Shown: positions 35,501 to 40,260 of the stretch, piece by piece | How the letters are laid out: each line of letters begins with the position of its first letter | Numbering within the stretch: the stretch's first letter is position 1 | DNA from: Nemertoderma westbladi | Taxonomy: Eukaryota; Animalia; Xenacoelomorpha | DNA length: 40,260 nucleotides | Assembly (NCBI GenBank): GCA_032718475.1 | Contig: JAUCBJ010007546.1 | Span: 1 to 40,260 of the forward strand | Direction: 5' to 3' | The notes under the pieces: generated by a model | What the model saw: only the letters and a program-made list of their open reading frames with translations | Told to the model about the DNA's origin: nothing | Database searches by the model: none | Position numbers and translations under genes: made by a program

Positions 35501-38140
35501 ATCCCGCTCGGTTCGGTTTAGGCCAACTTGGAGAAATGCTTTCTCAATATCTGCTAAGATAACAATATTCCACATTCTTAATCGTAATAACAGGCTGCAT
35601 AAGTCCTGTAACTTGCAAGGTCCTCTATATAAGCATTCATTTAAACTTTTATTTTTTGACTTTGACTTTGAAGATGCATCATATACAATTCTGACCTTGG
35701 TTGATAATCTTTTGTAATCAACAACAGGATGATGTGGAATATAATGGAGTTTGTGACTCTCACACTCATTTTCGTCGACCATTTCAATAATTCCCTTTTT
35801 TATTTGGTTATCTATTATTGTAGCATATGATTTGAATAAAGTTTCATCATTTTGAAATCGTCGCAATAAGGTTTTAAATCTACCCAGTGCTAATTCTTTG
35901 TTGTCTACTAAATCAATAGTTTCTGCATGTTTCCATGGCCAAGAAACAAAATATCTATTTTCTTTGATATCATATGCAATACTTTTATTAAATAACTCCA
36001 TAGCTACATCGTCATCAATTTCATTCACTGTTGTATCTTTAATACCAATAGTTTCTAATTTCCAAAAGTTTTCTAAAGAATGGATTTCATGAGTTCCAGG
36101 TATTTTTGGGCTATCAATAGTTAATAGGCAATTTTCATTTGCTTGTTCATTGGGCTGTTCACATTCAAAACGACCTGATAACATCCATCCAAACTTAGAA
36201 CCTAACAAATATGTTCCTTTATCGATAGTAATTCTTTCACCAGTGACAAAATCACAATAATAGTCATTTCCGATTAAGAAATCAATGGTTACCACTTCGT
36301 TTTTAATTGGTTGTGGGTCTGCAAGTGGTAAACTACTTAATAAGAAGTTTGAGTTATTAATATTGATAGTTTGGCGTTGTAATTCGCCAGTTATTATGTT
36401 AACAACTTTGCAATTAACAATTTGGGAAGTTCCATCTTTACATAAAACAACAACTTCTGTTTCAGCACTTCTAATTTCGGTTGGTTCTTTACGACCAAAT
36501 GTATTTACTGTATCAATTTTCTTGTCAAACAGTTTCAATCCAAGTTTTCTAGCCAGTTTCTCAGTAATAGTAGTTCGTTTACATCCAGTGTCGAACAAAG
36601 TTCTTACAGTATAATCCATCGATGCAACAGGGTTCTTTAGTTTTACTAAGGCTGTTTGCATTACTACAACATTATCAGAAGCTAATGTACAGTTTTCAAT
36701 TTTACTGTTGTTTGTGTCAGTTGCTGATAAATCATTACAGTTGATGTCAATTGTTGCAGGCACTGAACTTTCTACTGATGCAAAATTTGCAGAAAAACCT
36801 CTGCTGTTGCCACTTGTTGGTTTCTTAGATGGAAATTGTTTAAAGCATAAACTTCTATGGTGACTACGGCGTTTTTTACAGTAGACACATGGTTTATCAA
36901 TTCTACACTGGTTTGAACTATGTCCTTTCTTTGCACAAATGTAGCAATGACCCTTAATTTGCATTCGTCTTGAATCAGCATCATCATATTTTTTACATTC
37001 GTCACTCCAATGTTCACCCTTACAGTACAAACAAACTTTAGTGAACTCATGGTTAGAACTTACAGTTAGTGCTTCTGTTGTTGATTTGTAGATAGGCTTC
37101 TGTTGTGGATATGTTGACTTGTAGGCGTGTGGACTAGTAGACTTCGGATCTATAGACATCTGTTTTTTATCCCTTTCTTTATTTTCAGATTGTCCACTAC
37201 ATCTTTCTCCAGCTTCTCGGGCAGTTATAAATTTCTTTATATGTTTTCTCAAGGAATCAACAGTCCAATCCTCTTCAGGGTCTTTTTGGAGTTCCAACTG
37301 AACCTTTATCTGAGTGGGGAATTTTGAATTAATTAATGAAATAAAGACAGCCTGGTTTATTTCTTCCCCTAGAGCAATCAAACTTCTAAAATGTCTTTCT
37401 AAAATATCATATGTTGTTCTAAGCATTGCTGTATTGTTCGAGGATGGTGGAACTGACATTAACTCAGAGTAATGAGCATCAATAGTAAACTGTTTGTTAC
37501 CAAATCTTTCTTCTAAAATTTTTACTGCGACATCATAATTTTCGTTAGTTAGTTCAATGCCTAAAATAGCTTGTTTTGCATCACCCTGTAATTTGGACTT
37601 TAAATATTGCAGTTTTTCTACAGGTTGCAATTTAGTGTTTCTATTAATCGCAGCATCAAAATAATCCCAAAATTCTCTCCATTTTAAAAAACCACCATCA
37701 TAACCTTCAAACTCTAGTTTGGGGAGTTTGACATGAGAATTAATATCACTGGTACCTGATACGAAAGTGTTAAAAGATGTACCAGGGGGATTTCGGCCTA
37801 CATATGAAGGTTCCAGTGTTGTATTCATATTTTCAGTGAGCATCATTACTCTAGTATCAAGCTTAGTTAAATAATCATTTACATTGCTATCAAATGTAGA
37901 TACAATCGAAACTTCCTCATCCTCGTCTACTTCTTCAATAAGGTCAAATATTTTTTCATCATATTCCTTTAAATTTGTGTAGTATCTATTTATTTTACCG
38001 TATATAATTCTTAAATCTTCTATATTTACCTGAGAGCCAGCATCTAACAAAATACCTGCTTGAGTAAACTCTTTCTTTATATTTGTCCGGACAGCATTTC
38101 TTTGCTGTTTATATTTTCTTAATCTTTTTGTCTCCTCCAT
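32513..38140 (-). CDS. BEL/Pao Gag-Pol polyprotein, 1875 aa
   Basis: LPKLEF..YDG..W..FW (DUF1759), three Cys/His knuckles, LFDTG protease, ADIEKAFLQV and YVDN RT, FSDAS..AY RNaseH, H..HSG..CKIC, DYLGP, DNA, GGVYERLV integrase. Confidence 0.96.
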   Translation of the reverse strand: MEETKRLRKYKQQRNAVRTNIKKEFTQAGILLDAGSQVNIEDLRIIYGKINRYYTNLKEYDEKIFDLIEEVDEDEEVSIVSTFDSNVNDYLTKLDTRVMMLTENMNTTLEPSYVGRNPPGTSFNTFVSGTSDINSHVKLPKLEFEGYDGGFLKWREFWDYFDAAINRNTKLQPVEKLQYLKSKLQGDAKQAILGIELTNENYDVAVKILEERFGNKQFTIDAHYSELMSVPPSSNNTAMLRTTYDILERHFRSLIALGEEINQAVFISLINSKFPTQIKVQLELQKDPEEDWTVDSLRKHIKKFITAREAGERCSGQSENKERDKKQMSIDPKSTSPHAYKSTYPQQKPIYKSTTEALTVSSNHEFTKVCLYCKGEHWSDECKKYDDADSRRMQIKGHCYICAKKGHSSNQCRIDKPCVYCKKRRSHHRSLCFKQFPSKKPTSGNSRGFSANFASVESSVPATIDINCNDLSATDTNNSKIENCTLASDNVVVMQTALVKLKNPVASMDYTVRTLFDTGCKRTTITEKLARKLGLKLFDKKIDTVNTFGRKEPTEIRSAETEVVVLCKDGTSQIVNCKVVNIITGELQRQTININNSNFLLSSLPLADPQPIKNEVVTIDFLIGNDYYCDFVTGERITIDKGTYLLGSKFGWMLSGRFECEQPNEQANENCLLTIDSPKIPGTHEIHSLENFWKLETIGIKDTTVNEIDDDVAMELFNKSIAYDIKENRYFVSWPWKHAETIDLVDNKELALGRFKTLLRRFQNDETLFKSYATIIDNQIKKGIIEMVDENECESHKLHYIPHHPVVDYKRLSTKVRIVYDASSKSKSKNKSLNECLYRGPCKLQDLCSLLLRLRMWNIVILADIEKAFLQVGLNRTERDVTRFFWLKDPSLPSTKDNIAVYRFCRILFGIISSTFILAATIDHHLSLPNVDSPNAKQLRNDIYVDNIISGKNTLPEAIEFYNESKKIFNAASMNIRQYMSNSNEFIESLPEDDKVDKDSLKVLGVTWNRISDTLSVKGPTQTESMNDIYTKRSVFSIHAKTFDPMGFFNPVTLASKIFIQSLWIENNNMKWDDRLNEYQIAQWKDIVIELQQISTHQIPRRFCYVDDSKIIYDIVGFSDASKYAYAAAVYLRITNHEAIKTCLVFSKNRLTPAKTIAKNDISIPKSELLGFVITLRAMVFVAQSLNVTITNKTLFTDSQCCLDWLKSPRSISKFIDKQIMEIKSQIDVCFRYVISSDNPADLATRKQSAVDIKESHLWWEGPEWLKEPETSWPIWNRIPITNEMIENISSNRPQTLYEVGLLASTVIKNSPFELDINNFSTLKRLIRVTSWIQRFINNCRKKTNIKDKFLLPSELEKSKLMWELHIQKQYYGKIIIDIKHKKKNNLQCQLGLQIHENGLIHCHGRYDYVDLMESAKFPKLLPKASKYTELTVLKFHVDVLHSGISHTLSQIRQEYWIPHGRTVVRSIIRNCKICKRKDGGPYKSPPMPSWPSIRVSRSSAFTNVGLDYLGPLYIKDNNNTTVKVWGCLFTCLTVRAVHLEVVLDMTTDEFILCLRRFFARYSKPKLIIADNAPHFKLAKTVIEKMWEKTITNKDVQSYVSTGNTKFKFITAYAPWMGGVYERLVGLVKRVMKKVIGKVCLSLVQLQTLFAEVMAVINSRPLVYVSSAIDDGLTLTPAHFLSINTTIGTPTSEDDDNAKDLDYYLMKPENSANKLIKQWKEGNNLLDSFWNVFYKEYLMSLRERYQSDLPQPRVKDSHIPKVGDVVIIKDKEKIVKPPRGSWKLGRIHKLLPSSDGQVRSVKVKLPSKKIIERHITLLFPIECDTHTDSSIDKQLDRPKLAIKSKLKVNEVTSRPKRKAAINAEKNIKNCYEEIE

Positions 38141-38968
38141 ATTATATATTTTATTTTAGTTATTGTATAAACGATATGGAGTAGAAAATGGATGTTAATA
38201 GCTCTGTTAACAACCGACCCATATATGAATATAGGTTAATACTTAAGAGTAATCAAATGATTTGTCACAATGTGGGCTATTAGGCCAGTACCGGCGGTTT
38301 ATTAAAGCGCCGGTGTATAATTCTGCAATTCATTCACAAAATGTTGTTGATAGCTTAGTTAACAGCCAAAGGAATATTTCATTAGGCGTTTAGGCCTTAT
38401 TTCAGTACTTGCTGAAATAAATTCGTGAATATCCAGATATCATGTTTTTCACCATGAAGCCTAATAATTTATTTCAGTATTTATTAATTGCTGAATTGCA
38501 AATTAATTACTGCAGTATTATATTATTATTAGTTCTACTGTTCTACAAACCTTGCTTTTGCTTTACGTTTCAGCGTTTTCTTCTTATTGCTGTATTGCAC
38601 TTACAGTTTTCAACCATCTTCGTACCGTATTCAGGTATTACATCTGTGCACTGGCATGACTGGTGTATGTCCGGACCGGTATCTGGTGCCGGTAGTAATA
38701 AATAGCATCCAGTACGAGGTATAATTTGGCAATTCTGTTTATCTAAATTTACTTATAGCCTACCAGCGTGGCGCGGGATCCAGCAGCCGGTAGCTACCGT
38801 AGTTAAAGTAATACATAAATATATGATAGTTTCCAGTTGAGTAAATTTCAGTATACAGACATAGGCCGTATGTTATGTAGGTCTGTAGGTTGACAACACA
38901 GCAATAGCTGAATAGGCGTCCATTAAGTTAATACAGCAGTCTCTAGCCCATTCGACTGGCAGTCATAA

Positions 38969-38981
38969 CGCTCTGCTACCA
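38969..38981 (-). promoter_or_regulatory. Primer-binding site complementary to the initiator tRNA-Met 3' end
   Basis: TGGTAGCAGAG(CG) immediately after the LTR terminal CA on the minus strand. Confidence 0.85.
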
Positions 38982-39271
38982 TGTAGCGAATATAAGTGGA
39001 ATAGAATAAAGTACAGAAGTATCATTTATCGCTAAAATTATTATATATATATATTTATCAATATCATCAATCCTGCACCGTGTACTGACACACTGTATTG
39101 TACTCGTACTTAGATCCCGGTACCGGTACAGTAGTATATTAGTTAGTCAGTTAGTAGGCTGCTGTAAGGGGTAAAACGAACTTAGATCCTTGTCATTGCA
39201 TTCGCGACACTCCCGACACCAAAAATAAATACAATTTATATACTTTTTTACCAATTATTGCATTCGTGACA
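38982..39271 (-). repeat. 5' LTR, 290 bp, TG...CA
   Basis: tgtagcgaat...attcgtgaca imperfect terminal inverted repeat. Confidence 0.95.
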
Positions 39272-39794
39272 ATATCGGCTGTTCTATATTGCTTAATTCA
39301 TCTACTGTAGTGGTACTGTATATATCCCAATTCGGAATACCTGGATGATTCCGATCCAATAACGGTTTTAAGCCTAGAATTTGTATTAAATCACCACGTA
39401 GACTTAATTGTTTTTTTTTCAACTTTTTAGGAAATTTAAATTTAATTCTAGAATTATTTGTATTAAAAATGAATTCGAAATCTCTATATTTCGCTTCAGA
39501 ATTAAACAGTTTATTTATATCATCAATAATCACTTGAATAGAGCTATGCATACCAGGAAATAAACTATATAATTTGGCATCTTTTGCATCTACCCTGATT
39601 GACAGCGAGATTTGAGTTTGCAGTGTAATATTACTGTATGTTGCTTGGTATTGTAGCTCGGCAAGCCCAATTTTAGCGTTTGGACCAATATATAATTCTT
39701 CGGCTAAATCAACAGTAAACTCACTAGGATTATTATTGGGGTAAGTGTTTAATGAGCTATCTGAAAGTAGAGTGATATATGTATCTGTGGCCAT
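39272..39794 (-). pseudogene. Minor capsid (penton) paralogue 1, 5' part, interrupted by the LTR (39272-39675 is the duplicated segment)
   Basis: YITLLSDSSLNTYPNNNPSEFTVDL...IGLAELQY penton N-terminal motif. Confidence 0.88.
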
Positions 39795-40045
39795 TATTAT
39801 TATTATTATTTAAGCTCTCTCTCTACTTGACTCCATTGTACATACAGTACAGTATAATGTTAAATTATAGACATCTGTGACCACGTTCATTGTCGCATCT
39901 TCTACAGTATATGCGCGGGATCAATATTTTATTGGCTTTATTTAAAACGGATGAACTATAGATATAGTAATATCATTCGAGTTAATATTGATTAATTACG
40001 GTCATATGCGACCAAAATGAATTAATATACAGTATAAACCTAAGC

Positions 40046-40260
40046 TTATTGAATATGCTGTACCCACGACTGTTTCTTGGATCCGATGAATCGGACTAAA
40101 TATTCTTTCTTTTTTACTAAATATTAAATATTCTTCCCATTGCGTACACGTTCTTTAAGTTTGCCAATATTTTTATCAATTGCTAGATAAATATTACTAT
40201 TCGGGTGGACCTTTTGGAGTTCGTGAGAACAAAATGAGCCATTTATTATAGCTCCAGCGC
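40046..40260 (-). pseudogene. C-terminus of Polinton retroviral-like integrase with chromodomain (continues beyond window)
   Basis: Manual translation: GAIINGSFCSHELQKV..Y.AIDK..RVRNGK..KKEYLVRFIG....SWV; interrupted by a small local duplication carrying a stop. Confidence 0.8.

Larger units (their letters stand above)
32195..39271 (-). mobile_element. BEL/Pao LTR retrotransposon with full coding capacity
   Basis: Two near-identical LTRs, PBS and a single gag-pol ORF. Confidence 0.96.
27660..40260 (-). mobile_element. Polinton/Maverick (adintovirus-like) endogenous virus, partial, interrupted by a BEL/Pao insertion
   Basis: Syntenic integrase end, penton x2, core protein, MCP, adenain-like protease and a conserved small ORF; termini not identified. 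Confidence 0.9.

Noticed and set aside
34152-37327. Short ORFs overlapping the BEL polyprotein (and similar ones over the other long ORFs)
   Set aside because: Antisense or alternative-frame shadows of long coding sequences

Overview
Eukaryotic (animal, probably invertebrate) genomic DNA made almost entirely of nested mobile elements around three host ShKT-domain exons. From left to right: (1) a BEL/Pao-type gag-only locus (822-3983, one in-frame TGA, no zinc knuckle, no pol) enclosed by a >=840-bp imperfect inverted repeat (7-846 vs 6175-6960); (2) a 5'-truncated CR1/L2-type LINE with a 2A-like NPGP motif (about 7290-12826); (3) LTR/gag debris; (4) three intact 120-nt ShKT exons with duplicated introns and a 63-bp minisatellite; (5) an RT-less BEL/Pao relic (18332-21620) and a 3'-truncated LINE (21650-25218); (6) a decaying Polinton/Maverick (adintovirus-like) virus on the minus strand, with integrase chromodomain end, two tandem penton genes, a protease-cleavable core protein, major capsid, cysteine protease and a DEDD/Maelstrom-like ORF; (7) an intact 1875-aa BEL/Pao retrotransposon inserted into the first penton gene and flanked by a 404-bp duplication instead of a short TSD. 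All assignments come from motif recognition by eye; no searches were run.
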